Origin: Clostridia bacterium 41_269
GTDB taxonomy: Bacteria > Bacillota > DTU086
Length of the DNA stretch: 64,000 nucleotides
Direction: 5' to 3'
Assembly: GCA_001508005.1 (NCBI GenBank)
Contig: LGEZ01000006.1
Location: 14,179 to 78,178, forward strand
Shown here: positions 21,075-29,920 of the stretch, piece by piece
Layout: every line of letters begins with the position of its first letter
How positions within the stretch are numbered: position 1 is the first letter of the stretch
Program-made: the position numbers and the translations under genes
Notes under the pieces: generated by a model
What the model saw: the letters and a program-made list of their open reading frames with translations, nothing else
Database searches by the model: none
What the model was told of the DNA's origin: nothing

Positions 21075-21917
21075 TTAACTGTAGTTTCTTATAACAAGCT
21101 CTGTTACAGGTCCCCTTCCATCCGGCTTGCAGTTTATGGACCTTCTGGCATAAACAACCTGAATTTCATATTCAGAATAAAGCCTGCGTATAAATTCAGT
21201 ATCTGAATTGCTGAGCATTACCAGACAGCCTCTTCTGTCCAGCTCTCTAAACACTTCTGCCAGCCTCTTCTGATCTTCAGTTCCAAAAGCATCCGATGTG
21301 TAGCTTGTAAAATTAGCTGTTTCCGACAGAGGATGATAAGGAGGATCAAGATATACAAATGTACCCGCCTGTGCAAATTCCAAAACGAGGCTGAAGTCTC
21401 CGCAGATTATTTGAGCATTTTTTAAGGCATGTGAAACCCGCCATAGATTGGGTTCGTCTATGATTCTGGGATTTTTATATTTTCCATAAGGAACATTGAA
21501 TTCTCCTCGACTGTTTACTCTCCACAAGCCGTTATATGCTGTCTTATTTAGATAGAGAAACCTGGAAGCCCTTTCCACAGGAGATAGAGTTTTAGGTTCA
21601 AGAGCACGAATGTAATAGTAGTATTCCTCTGTATTTCTGTGTTTTCTGAGATCCGAAAGCAGTTCTTCAAGATTATCCCGCACAACCAAATAAAAATTTA
21701 TAAGCTCCTCGTTGCTGTCTATGAGCACCGCCTGCTGGGGAATAAGATGGAAAAATACTGCACCGCCGCCAACAAAAGGTTCGATGTAGAAATTGTATTC
21801 CTCTTTAGGAAGCAGAGGTTCAAACTGAGGTATGAGCTGCGCCTTTCCACCCGCCCACTTAACAGGAGGCTTAGGTTTTTCAACCTTAAAAGGAGTAGAA
21901 ACATTTTGTTCCTGCAT
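21075..21917 (-). CDS. dam: DNA adenine methyltransferase, Dam (D12 class) family
   Basis: 280 aa: KWAGGKAQLIPQF, EPFVGGGAVFF (SAM motif), VYLDPPY (catalytic DPPY). No adjacent restriction endonuclease ORF. Confidence 0.85.
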   Translation of the reverse strand: MQEQNVSTPFKVEKPKPPVKWAGGKAQLIPQFEPLLPKEEYNFYIEPFVGGGAVFFHLIPQQAVLIDSNEELINFYLVVRDNLEELLSDLRKHRNTEEYYYYIRALEPKTLSPVERASRFLYLNKTAYNGLWRVNSRGEFNVPYGKYKNPRIIDEPNLWRVSHALKNAQIICGDFSLVLEFAQAGTFVYLDPPYHPLSETANFTSYTSDAFGTEDQKRLAEVFRELDRRGCLVMLSNSDTEFIRRLYSEYEIQVVYARRSINCKPDGRGPVTELVIRNYS

Positions 21918-22232
21918 GCAGCTACCTCCCAGATTACTTCAAATAGTAGATTATTTCCTTCATAAAAACTGTTAGCAAATAAAATCAGTATGTTTTTTTT
22001 TGAATCCTTTGAAAAAGTTTTTTAGGAAAAATTTCTCCAAAAATGAGAATAAAGCCTGCCAGTATGATGGCAGGACAGCATGTTGAAAAAAATGTTTTCT
22101 GCTATAGATGGAGCTCACCTAGTGTTTACCCATACCGATTTGTTTTATGCTTTGCAAAAAACTAATAGCCAGCGTCTTTAAACCGTTTTTTGCAGACTGC
22201 AGCATAAACCTGCTAATACAAAATAAACTAGC

Positions 22233-22484
22233 TTATATTATGCCGTTGACACTTGCCGTTTTCTCACCAGAGATAATAGAAATGACTTTACCTCCATACA
22301 TAAACACGGCTTTCTTTGTATCAGGATACCAACCAAGCTCAACACCCAACCTTTCAAGACATCCCTTTACGGGGATCATGATTACCCCTTTTTAGCAGGG
22401 GAAGGCATAAAAGCTTCAGCCACAAACAAGGCAAGGGTTAAATATAAATAGACCAGAAACTTCTTTGCCTTTAAAAAACCAAGC
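22233..22484 (-). pseudogene. Remnant of a secreted copper-amine-oxidase-N-terminal-like domain protein
   Basis: After an AAAAGGAGG RBS there is a signal-peptide-like stretch (LGFLKAKKFLVYLYLTLALFVAEAF), a frame change at an A5/G4 run, then IPVKGCLERLGVELGWYPDTKKAVFMYGGKVISIISGEKTASVNGII*. It is truncated relative to the usual domain. Confidence 0.3.
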
Positions 22485-22628
22485 AGACCTCCTTTTTCTT
22501 TTAATAATTTTAATTGCTCATCGAAGCTCCAGAGTATCCGCAAGAATTTATGTACCTGCAAACAAACCTTTAAATTATCATCTCCAATAAATTTTTTAGT
22601 TTAAAGTCTCAGGGCCAGACTTTGATTT

Positions 22629-22669
22629 CAAAAAATCCTCCCATCACAGTTTTCTGTAATAGGAGGATT
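22629..22669 (-). terminator. Intrinsic terminator after the FGase-like gene
   Basis: AATCCTCC / GGAGGATT stem followed by TTTTT on the minus strand. Confidence 0.5.
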
Positions 22670-22747
22670 CTGCATAGAACAATTTGTTTCCTTGTAAATA
22701 TTCCCATCAATTTAATCATTATTAAAAATAAAAAATGGAGCCTCTGT

Positions 22748-23419
22748 TTATGATTTGAATGTATTATTAAATTCCTGAACCAAGCTGCTCAGCAGTTTTA
22801 CTAAACCTTCCATATAATTTTCTCTCAATGTGTTTGAGATTTCTATCTGAAAAGCATTATAATACTGGTCATAGCCTTTATAGCTTTCTCCATCTCCACA
22901 TCGGTGAAAGCATAGGGATTGATCTCCTATAAATTTTCTATCCATTATAAATAGAGTTTCTGCAGGCAGGAGCTCTGCAGCTAAAGATGAAACCCTTTTC
23001 TTAAACCACATCCGTGCTTCCGAAGAACAAGACCTGCCCAATCGAGTGCCTATTTCAACAGCATGCTCACCATAATTTGTATCTTTCATGCCGTGAACAG
23101 ATAAGTGAAGATATGGAGCTGTAAGCTTCCCCGTCTCTTCATCCAAGATACCACAGTGCATTAAAATTTCCCTTATTGCTGAACGGTACTCCTGAACGGC
23201 ATCCCTGTTGGAATTATTCGGCGGACGGTTTAAATCTGCTACTGTCCTGGAAACCGTCGCTATTATGCATCCACAACCGGTGAGGCGAGCGATTTCTTCT
23301 GCTATTTCTCCAGTTTTTTTATCTTCCCGAGGTGAAGCAGCGTGAACTGCATCAATATGTGCCCTCACCAAGCCGCTTCCTAGCGAGTATTTCAAAAACC
23401 TTTTTTTAACATATTCCAT
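22748..23419 (-). CDS. N-formylglutamate amidohydrolase (FGase)-family-like hydrolase (tentative)
   Basis: 223 aa: HIDAVHAAS...ATVSRTVADLNRPP...LHLSVHGM resembles the FGase family pattern (SR..D.NR, HG). Assignment from memory only. Confidence 0.35.
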   Translation of the reverse strand: MEYVKKRFLKYSLGSGLVRAHIDAVHAASPREDKKTGEIAEEIARLTGCGCIIATVSRTVADLNRPPNNSNRDAVQEYRSAIREILMHCGILDEETGKLTAPYLHLSVHGMKDTNYGEHAVEIGTRLGRSCSSEARMWFKKRVSSLAAELLPAETLFIMDRKFIGDQSLCFHRCGDGESYKGYDQYYNAFQIEISNTLRENYMEGLVKLLSSLVQEFNNTFKS

Positions 23420-23628
23420 TATCCAATCCTCCCCATTGATTTACGACATCAATGAGCGAAAAATTTTAATATAACCCTTCAACCTACATTTTACCAAAAT
23501 AATCCGCTAAGTACAAAAAATAATAGGTTTTTCATTAATTGTAATTTTATAAAATCAAAAAGAAACACTGAATACAGCAAAAAATATTAACATATCCAAT
23601 ACTAATAATTTCACAATAAAAAACTGTT

Positions 23629-23671
23629 AAAAAAATAAAAACGGTCTAGACATTTTAGCTGCCTAGAACCG
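23629..23671 (-). terminator. Second intrinsic terminator downstream of tRNA-Val
   Basis: CGGTTCTAG / CTAGACCG stem (one bulge) followed by TTTTTATTTTTTT on the minus strand. Confidence 0.5.
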
Positions 23672-23704
23672 CAAATATTTTTTAGTGCTTAACATACTTA
23701 TTGG

Positions 23705-23734
23705 GCAAAAAATGCCCTGCTGAAAACAGCAGGA
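23705..23734 (-). terminator. Intrinsic terminator downstream of tRNA-Val
   Basis: CCTGCTG-TTTT-CAGCAGG hairpin followed by GCATTTTTTG on the minus strand. Confidence 0.5.
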
Positions 23735-23816
23735 CAAACTGCACTAAAACTTCATTACTTGAAGCAGTAAGGAACCGTTTCCGGTACCACGAAAATTCCA
23801 GAAGCCTTGATTTCAA

Positions 23817-23891
23817 TGGTGGGCGCGGCAGGGATTGAACCTGCGACCTCTTGAATGTGAGTCAAGCGCTCTCCCACTGAGCTACGCGCCC
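23817..23891 (-). tRNA. tRNA-Val (anticodon CAC), CCA encoded
   Basis: Minus strand folds by hand into a cloverleaf: GGGCGCG-TA-GCTC-AGTGGGA-GAGC-G-CTTGA-CTCACAT-TCAAG-AGGTC-GCAGG-TTCAATC-CCTGC-CGCGCCC-A-CCA. Confidence 0.9.
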
Positions 23892-23917
23892 AATCATATT
23901 TGCATTTATCTTCTTAT

Positions 23918-23926
23918 ATTATACCA
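23918..23926 (-). promoter_or_regulatory. Candidate extended -10 promoter for tRNA-Val
   Basis: TGGTATAAT on the minus strand, 26 nt upstream of the mature tRNA 5' end. The -35 is weak. Confidence 0.4.
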
Positions 23927-23928
23927 TA

Positions 23929-23950
23929 TTCTAATAACTTCTAATAACTT
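23929..23950. repeat. Perfect 10-bp tandem duplication (ttctaataac x2.2)
   Basis: Read directly: tt|ctaataactt|ctaataactt. It lies between the pepP stop and the tRNA-Val promoter. Confidence 0.9.
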
Positions 23951-23960
23951 TATTTTTCTT

Positions 23961-25040
23961 TTAAATTTCCAGCAGCTCTTTGGTAGAAAACGTAAGTACT
24001 TGAAGACCTTTTTCTGTAACCAATACCATATCTTCTATTCTTACTCCTCCCCAACCTTTAATATATATTCCCGGCTCTATTGTAATTACCATCCCTGGGG
24101 AAAGAACTTCTCTGCTGTTTTTGCTTACCGCAGGAGCTTCATGAACCTCTATCCCTACCCCATGCCCCAAGCTGTGGCCGAATTTATCTCCCATACCGTA
24201 TTCTGCTATTACGCTTCTTGCAAGTCCATCAAGTTCTGAACAGGTCATATTGACAGCAGCAGTTTCCAATGCTCGATTTTGAGCTTCAAAAACTATATCA
24301 TAAACTTTACGCTGCTTTTCTGAAGCTTTTCCAATTACTACAGTTCTCGTTATATCAGAACAATACCCTTTATAAACTGCTCCGAAATCCATTAATAATA
24401 AATTCCCATTTCCAAGCTTCCTTTCACCCGCAGTTCCATGAGGAAGTGCAGATCTTTCACCAGAAGCAGCAATAATATCAAAAGAAGCTTTTGAAGCACC
24501 ATTTCTGCGCATAAAATATTCGATCTCTGCAGCAACTTCAATCTCTTTTAAACCTGGTTTTATAAATTTAATTATATAATCAAAGGCTGAATCAGCTATT
24601 TGAGCAGCTTTTTTTATACGATCTATTTCTTCTTCATCTTTTACAGTCCTAAGTTCCTCAACAATACCGGTAACAGGAATCAAACTGCAACGAGAAAGCT
24701 TTTCATTTAATTCATTATAAAAATCAACCGTCATATGTTTTGCTTCAATGCCCAACCTTTTAATATTTTCACTCTCAACTAAATCTTTAATTCTATCAAT
24801 TATTTTAGTGCTGCAGATAACCAGATCAAAAATTTGCAAAGAAATTTCCTTTTCTGCCTGCTCTTCATATCTGAAGTCCGTAATCAGATACGCCTTTTCA
24901 GGTGCAGCAAAAATAAAGCCGGCACTTCCCGTAAAACCGCTCAGGTAAAAAATGTTTGCAGGGTTGGTAATTAATACTGCTTCAATGTTTTTCTCTCCAA
25001 ACTTCTTCCTAAGTTTTCCAATTCTTTTCTCCCAGTTCAT
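23961..25040 (-). CDS. pepP: Xaa-Pro aminopeptidase (M24B, YqhT/PepP-like)
   Basis: M24 metal ligands in context (...DFGAVYKGYCSDITRT..., HSLGHGVGIEVHE, ITIEPGIY, VRIEDMV). The ATG at 25040 gives an N-terminus (MNWEKRIGKL) matching homologue length; the ORF track starts at 25061. Confidence 0.85.
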   Translation of the reverse strand: MNWEKRIGKLRKKFGEKNIEAVLITNPANIFYLSGFTGSAGFIFAAPEKAYLITDFRYEEQAEKEISLQIFDLVICSTKIIDRIKDLVESENIKRLGIEAKHMTVDFYNELNEKLSRCSLIPVTGIVEELRTVKDEEEIDRIKKAAQIADSAFDYIIKFIKPGLKEIEVAAEIEYFMRRNGASKASFDIIAASGERSALPHGTAGERKLGNGNLLLMDFGAVYKGYCSDITRTVVIGKASEKQRKVYDIVFEAQNRALETAAVNMTCSELDGLARSVIAEYGMGDKFGHSLGHGVGIEVHEAPAVSKNSREVLSPGMVITIEPGIYIKGWGGVRIEDMVLVTEKGLQVLTFSTKELLEI

Positions 25041-25041
25041 C

Positions 25042-25485
25042 TCACATTCCATTCCCGTCAATTATTTCAATTAAGGCATAAACTGCCAGTTTGTAACCAA
25101 AGGATCCAAACCCGCAAATCTGCCCTTTTACCACAGGTGAAATTACTGAGTGATGTCTGAAATCTTCTCGGGAAAAAATATTGGATAGATGAACTTCGAT
25201 AACAGGAACGCTAATGGAGGCAATGGCATCTCTAATGGCATAGCTGTAATGGGTAAAAGCTCCGGGGTTTATGATAATTCCATTGTAGCTTACATCTGCT
25301 TGATGGATTTTATCAATAATTTCTCCTTCATGATTAGATTGAAAAAAATCAAGCTTTACTCCATTATCTTCCCCAAATTTTTTCAGCTCTTCATTGATAT
25401 CCTCAAGACTTTTTGTTCCATATATATGAGGTTCCCTTTTCCCAAGAAGGTTTAAATTGGGCCCATTTATAATGAGAATATTCAT
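25042..25485 (-). CDS. aroQ: Type II 3-dehydroquinate dehydratase
   Basis: 147 aa: ILIINGPNLNLLGKREPHIYG...FQSNHEGEIIDKIH...IINPGAFTHYSYAIRDA...EVHLSNI. Confidence 0.9.
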   Translation of the reverse strand: MNILIINGPNLNLLGKREPHIYGTKSLEDINEELKKFGEDNGVKLDFFQSNHEGEIIDKIHQADVSYNGIIINPGAFTHYSYAIRDAIASISVPVIEVHLSNIFSREDFRHHSVISPVVKGQICGFGSFGYKLAVYALIEIIDGNGM

Positions 25486-25502
25486 AATTCACCCCAGCCC
25501 TT

Positions 25503-26855
25503 CTAATCCCCGCTTATAGTTATTTCAGACACCCTAACGGTGGGAGCTCCTTTTCCTGCGAAAAATCTTAGATCATCAGCTACGAAATCAACACTTGATA
25601 AGAATTCCAGAATGTTTCCAGCAATAACTGCACCCTTTACAGGGTATGCAAATTCCCCATCTTCAATCCAAATGCCTGCAACACCAATGGAAAAATCCCC
25701 TGAAATTGGATTTGCCGTATGCATTCCCATTACTTCCGTGACATAAAGTCCTTTTTTTACCTCGCTTATAAGTTTATCCTTTGAATATTTTCCCTCTTTA
25801 AGATAAAAGTTTGTGGTTCCCACCTCAGGGGTTCCTCTATAGGAGCTTAGTCTAACACCATTTCCTGTAGATTCAACACCATCCTTTGCAGCTGTATATG
25901 TGTTGTATAGAAATCCCTGGAGAATACCATTATTAATTAAAACGGTCTCAGAAGTGGCTACTCCTTCACCATCAAAGGGTGCAGAAAAGATACCACCGTT
26001 CATTCTGCCGTCATCCACTATTGTAATTAGTTCCGAAGCTACTTTTTGGCCTATTTTTCCTTTAAAAAGGGATTTGTCCTTTTGAACTGAATCCGCAGTA
26101 AGGGCGGGAGCTATAATACTGAAAAAATTGGTCATAACATAAGGATCCAAAACAACTGCAGCTTTTTGAGACTTAATATTTTTTGCTCCCAGCATGCTGA
26201 CAGCTTTTTGAGCTCCTTCTATCCCGATTTCTTTAGGATTTAAATCCCTTATTTTCGTGCTGAACTGCATACCAAATCCAGTTTGATGTTCTCCATTCTC
26301 CTCAGCAACAAAATATGAATATGCTCCAGCAAAGGTACCTCTGTAGGAAGATTCGATCCCCTTAGAGTTTACAATCACAATTAAATATTTGCTGTCTTCA
26401 TAAGTACACGTTTCAGTAATTTTCACTCTTTTATCAAAATTCTTACCATACTGCTCTATTTCTTTTGCCAATTCAATTTTCCGTTCTATGGAAACATGTT
26501 CAAGATCAGGATCATAAACATCCACAGAAGGGTAAATTTTAGAAGGCTCAGGTATTATGTTGTATTCATCTACTGATGTTTTCTCTGAGTTAGCCACTGC
26601 TTCACGCACAAGATTTTCCAAGCTTTCAGGTTTAATTTCAGAAGTAAAAGCAAAGCCCACTTTTTGATCTTTAATAACACGAAGGCCAATCCCAAACTCA
26701 TTGGCCTTTTTCATGGTTTCCACTTCCTGATCACGGATATCTATGGACAGCTCTTCGGAGGCTGTAAAATAAACTTCAGAGTGTTCTGCACCCGCTTTTT
26801 GTGCCTTTTTTATCACTTCGCCAGCAATTTCCATATACTTTGTTTCATCCTTCAA
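25503..26855 (-). CDS. pmbA: TldD/PmbA family metalloprotease, PmbA-like
   Basis: PmbA/TldD family C-terminal pattern (GLYVTEVMGMHTANPISGDFS). I prefer the TTG at 26855 (GAGAGGTG 7 nt upstream, no overlap with tldD); the ORF track starts at 26888. Confidence 0.8.
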   Translation of the reverse strand: MKDETKYMEIAGEVIKKAQKAGAEHSEVYFTASEELSIDIRDQEVETMKKANEFGIGLRVIKDQKVGFAFTSEIKPESLENLVREAVANSEKTSVDEYNIIPEPSKIYPSVDVYDPDLEHVSIERKIELAKEIEQYGKNFDKRVKITETCTYEDSKYLIVIVNSKGIESSYRGTFAGAYSYFVAEENGEHQTGFGMQFSTKIRDLNPKEIGIEGAQKAVSMLGAKNIKSQKAAVVLDPYVMTNFFSIIAPALTADSVQKDKSLFKGKIGQKVASELITIVDDGRMNGGIFSAPFDGEGVATSETVLINNGILQGFLYNTYTAAKDGVESTGNGVRLSSYRGTPEVGTTNFYLKEGKYSKDKLISEVKKGLYVTEVMGMHTANPISGDFSIGVAGIWIEDGEFAYPVKGAVIAGNILEFLSSVDFVADDLRFFAGKGAPTVRVSEITISGD

Positions 26856-26868
26856 TTTTGCACACCTC

Positions 26869-28272
26869 TCATTCAAGTATACCGCCAACTATAAGTTTGG
26901 GTATTCTTATTGTAGGCTGAGCATCACTAACGGGAACACCCTGGCCGTCTTTTCCACATGTTCCTATAGCCCAACCTAAATCATTTCCTACCATATCTAT
27001 GGTCTGAAGCACCTGAGGACCATTTCCTGTGAGTGTTGCACCTCTAACAGGAGCTGTGATTCTACCATTTTCAATAAGATATCCTTCAGAAACTTCAAAA
27101 GCAAAATCGCCTGTTGTGGTGTTAACCTGCCCCCCGCCCATTTTCTTTACGTAAAGTCCTTTATTGGTTTTCTTAATAATCTCTTCAGGATCGTAGCTGC
27201 CCGGAGCTATATAAGTATTTGTCATTCTAGGTATGGGCTTATATTGATAAGATTCTCGGCGGCCGTTTCCTGTAGATTTTCTTTTTTCGCGGCTCGCAGT
27301 AAGCCAATCATACATATAGGACCTCAGTACTCCATTTTCTATTAAAACAGTTTTCTGCCCCTCTGTGCCTTCATCATCAAAGGGGAAGGAACCGTATAGA
27401 TTCGGAATAGTTGCATCATCAATAACAGTAACTATATCTGCAGCAACTTTTTCTCCAATTTTACCTGCATAAACAGATAATTTTTTCTGAACAAGATCAG
27501 CTTCAAGCCCATGCCCACAGGCTTCGTGAATCATTGTTCCTCCAGCTTCACCAGCCATAACAACTGTCATTTGTCCTGCAGGCGCAGGCTTAGCCTCAAG
27601 CATCAATACCGCCCTAGCAGCAGCCTTACGGGCTAATTCAACAGGGGAAACGGTTTTATACAGCTCAAAACCTGAAAATCCCCCTGCAGATTCAAAACCT
27701 GTTTGGATATGTTTTCCATCAGAAGCTACAACATTTACAATAAGCCGCGTTCTTACTCTTTTTCCATTAATATATGTTCCTTCTGAATTAGCTACGGTAA
27801 CTTCCTGCACAGTATCCCCATAACCAACTGTAACCTGCTTTACTCTGCTGTCAAAACAGCGGGCAGCTTTATTAGCTTTACTGACAATATCTACTTTCTT
27901 ATCTACTGATACCATATCTGGAACTTCTTTTATTTCAAAGGAATACGGAGGATCTTTCTGCTTCAAATTTAAAGTTACACTGCCGCTGCTTACCTTTGCT
28001 GCTTTACTTACTTCTTCTGCAACTTTCATAAGCCCATCAAAAGTAATATCATTGGTATAAGCATAAGCCGTATTTCCATTGTAAATTACCCTAATACCTG
28101 CACCCACATCTAAACCAGAAAAGACCCTTTCGATTTTATCCGCCTCACAGGTTATTCCCGTTCCTTTTTTTCTTTCAATAAATATGTCTGCAAAATCGCC
28201 TCCGTTCCTTAAGGCTGTACTCAATATTTTTTCTGCATCACTAGGCTCAAGAATTCTGTTCAAACAAACCAC
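26869..28272 (-). CDS. tldD: TldD family metalloprotease
   Basis: 467 aa with the HEACGHGLEAD zinc motif and a GGQVNTTTGDFAF C-terminal pattern. Confidence 0.85.
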   Translation of the reverse strand: MVCLNRILEPSDAEKILSTALRNGGDFADIFIERKKGTGITCEADKIERVFSGLDVGAGIRVIYNGNTAYAYTNDITFDGLMKVAEEVSKAAKVSSGSVTLNLKQKDPPYSFEIKEVPDMVSVDKKVDIVSKANKAARCFDSRVKQVTVGYGDTVQEVTVANSEGTYINGKRVRTRLIVNVVASDGKHIQTGFESAGGFSGFELYKTVSPVELARKAAARAVLMLEAKPAPAGQMTVVMAGEAGGTMIHEACGHGLEADLVQKKLSVYAGKIGEKVAADIVTVIDDATIPNLYGSFPFDDEGTEGQKTVLIENGVLRSYMYDWLTASREKRKSTGNGRRESYQYKPIPRMTNTYIAPGSYDPEEIIKKTNKGLYVKKMGGGQVNTTTGDFAFEVSEGYLIENGRITAPVRGATLTGNGPQVLQTIDMVGNDLGWAIGTCGKDGQGVPVSDAQPTIRIPKLIVGGILE

Positions 28273-28281
28273 CCCAGCTTA

Positions 28282-29031
28282 TTATTGATAAAATTTTATT
28301 TCTGCAAGGGCAAAGGTGATTTTTGAATAATCCCCTATCCCTTGATCTCTGCATTCAACTCTAAAAGTAATATTTCTTGTTCCCATTGGAATACTCAACT
28401 TAAGATATTTCGGCTGTTCAGCCGGTGCTATTCCTTCTATTTTTTGTATTTCCTCATTACCCTTTAAAATGGTCAAATCGATAACTGAACTAGAATCCCT
28501 CGTTATATCATCAATACCAACATAACCTTCAATCTCAGAATATTTTCCCCATAATTCCAAAACAAATTCAGCCTTTTCCCTAGGCTCTAAATTTACAGCA
28601 ACAACATGGGAAAAGGGTACCCTAGCAATCCTTACTTCTCTGCTCTTCACTACAGCAAAATCTCCCACATTACGAAGGACAGTAAGGTTCTCCAAATAAT
28701 CAAATTTGCTTTTGAAAGTTTTATCTTCCGGTTTAACAACACTGCCTACATATATTGTTGAAGAAACTGGGTCCCAAACCACCGGCTCTCCCACAGCTTC
28801 AGCAATCGTACGTATGGGAACCATAACTATGTTTTTATCTTTTAAAATGAAGGCCTCTGCTGGTGCTTTTAAATATTTTCCATCTGAAGCAATTTTAATA
28901 TTTTTATACACAGCTGTTATCTTTTTTGCAAAAAATTTCTGCACCCCAAAGGCAGTGCCTGCTGCAATAAAAAGCATTACTGCTGTTAAAATCAAAAAAA
29001 TAAAAACTGCTGATATTTCTTTCTTAAGCAT
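28282..29031 (-). CDS. Secreted protein: copper-amine-oxidase-N-terminal-like domain plus NPCBM-like beta-sandwich
   Basis: 249 aa with a signal/TM, MVPIRTIAEAVGEPVVWDP, then YVGIDDITRDSSSVIDLTI...ITFRVEC. Confidence 0.5.
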   Translation of the reverse strand: MLKKEISAVFIFLILTAVMLFIAAGTAFGVQKFFAKKITAVYKNIKIASDGKYLKAPAEAFILKDKNIVMVPIRTIAEAVGEPVVWDPVSSTIYVGSVVKPEDKTFKSKFDYLENLTVLRNVGDFAVVKSREVRIARVPFSHVVAVNLEPREKAEFVLELWGKYSEIEGYVGIDDITRDSSSVIDLTILKGNEEIQKIEGIAPAEQPKYLKLSIPMGTRNITFRVECRDQGIGDYSKITFALAEIKFYQ

Positions 29032-29062
29032 AAATTCTCCCCCAGTTTAAGCTCTGTAAATC

Positions 29063-29920
29063 CTAATTTGTAGGAAATGAATAGCCTTGATAATCATTTT
29101 CTTTTGCATTATTAGAAAAACTATATCCATTATGCTGATTAGCAGAAGCTGGTTTTTGCGCTTTTTTATCATTAGGCTGTTTTTTTACATTAGTGCTGTC
29201 AGCTTTATCTGCAGCCTGGTTATCTAATTTATTATCCTTTGATGATTCTCCGCCAACTTTTTGGGTTTGCACCTCAGATTTTGTTTTCGGTCTGAATGGT
29301 TCTGTATTCGCTTTAACAGATTCCTGTATGTTTTCATTTAATTCCGCCGCAATAAAATTACGTTCATTTATAAGCTGATAAAGATATAATTTTAATTCTG
29401 CCGTAAATATTTGAGAACCGTTCTTTTCCCTGTATTCAATTTTAATATTTTCAACATCCACTATCCTTTCCCCGGATTCAAGCTTTTTTAATGCATCAAG
29501 AAAATCTTCATAATATCCCTCATACACTATGCTTATAGGTAAAATATTGTACCCCTTTCTCTTTACAGCTTCACCAGGCTGAAAAGAACTTATTGTACCA
29601 TACCTTTCAAAAAAATCAGCTATCTCCAAAACAGCACCTTTATCTGAACTGGACAAGAACCTATCAGAAATCTGCCCATACCTTTTTCTCAAATATTCAA
29701 GCTCACTCTTCATCTGTACAGCTTTATATTCCACAGACTTCCCCTGAGCAATTATATTTTCCAGATTTCCCATTTGTTTCCTAAGATTATTTAAACGAGA
29801 AAACTGGTTTTCCCACAAAAAATAATAAAACAATATAAAAACTAAAAATAAAACAGCTGTGCTAATTATTTTCTGCTCTCTCTGAGATAAATTCCTAATC
29901 TTTTCTATTAACTCCATCAT
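29063..29920 (-). CDS. pilO: PilO-like type IV pilus assembly protein with a low-complexity tail
   Basis: 285 aa with an N-terminal TM and coiled coil, directly downstream of pilN. The C-terminus is K/N/Q-rich with GYSF repeats. Confidence 0.55.
   Translation of the reverse strand: MMELIEKIRNLSQREQKIISTAVLFLVFILFYYFLWENQFSRLNNLRKQMGNLENIIAQGKSVEYKAVQMKSELEYLRKRYGQISDRFLSSSDKGAVLEIADFFERYGTISSFQPGEAVKRKGYNILPISIVYEGYYEDFLDALKKLESGERIVDVENIKIEYREKNGSQIFTAELKLYLYQLINERNFIAAELNENIQESVKANTEPFRPKTKSEVQTQKVGGESSKDNKLDNQAADKADSTNVKKQPNDKKAQKPASANQHNGYSFSNNAKENDYQGYSFPTN

Noticed and set aside
23735-23816. Possible second (degenerate) tRNA immediately downstream of tRNA-Val
   Set aside because: It has no T-loop (GTTCRANYC) or D-arm consensus, and the small hairpins there do not form a cloverleaf.
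23835-24239. 134-aa plus-strand ORF
   Set aside because: It starts inside the tRNA-Val gene and runs antisense through the pepP 3' end. It has no RBS and its composition is typical of antisense translation.
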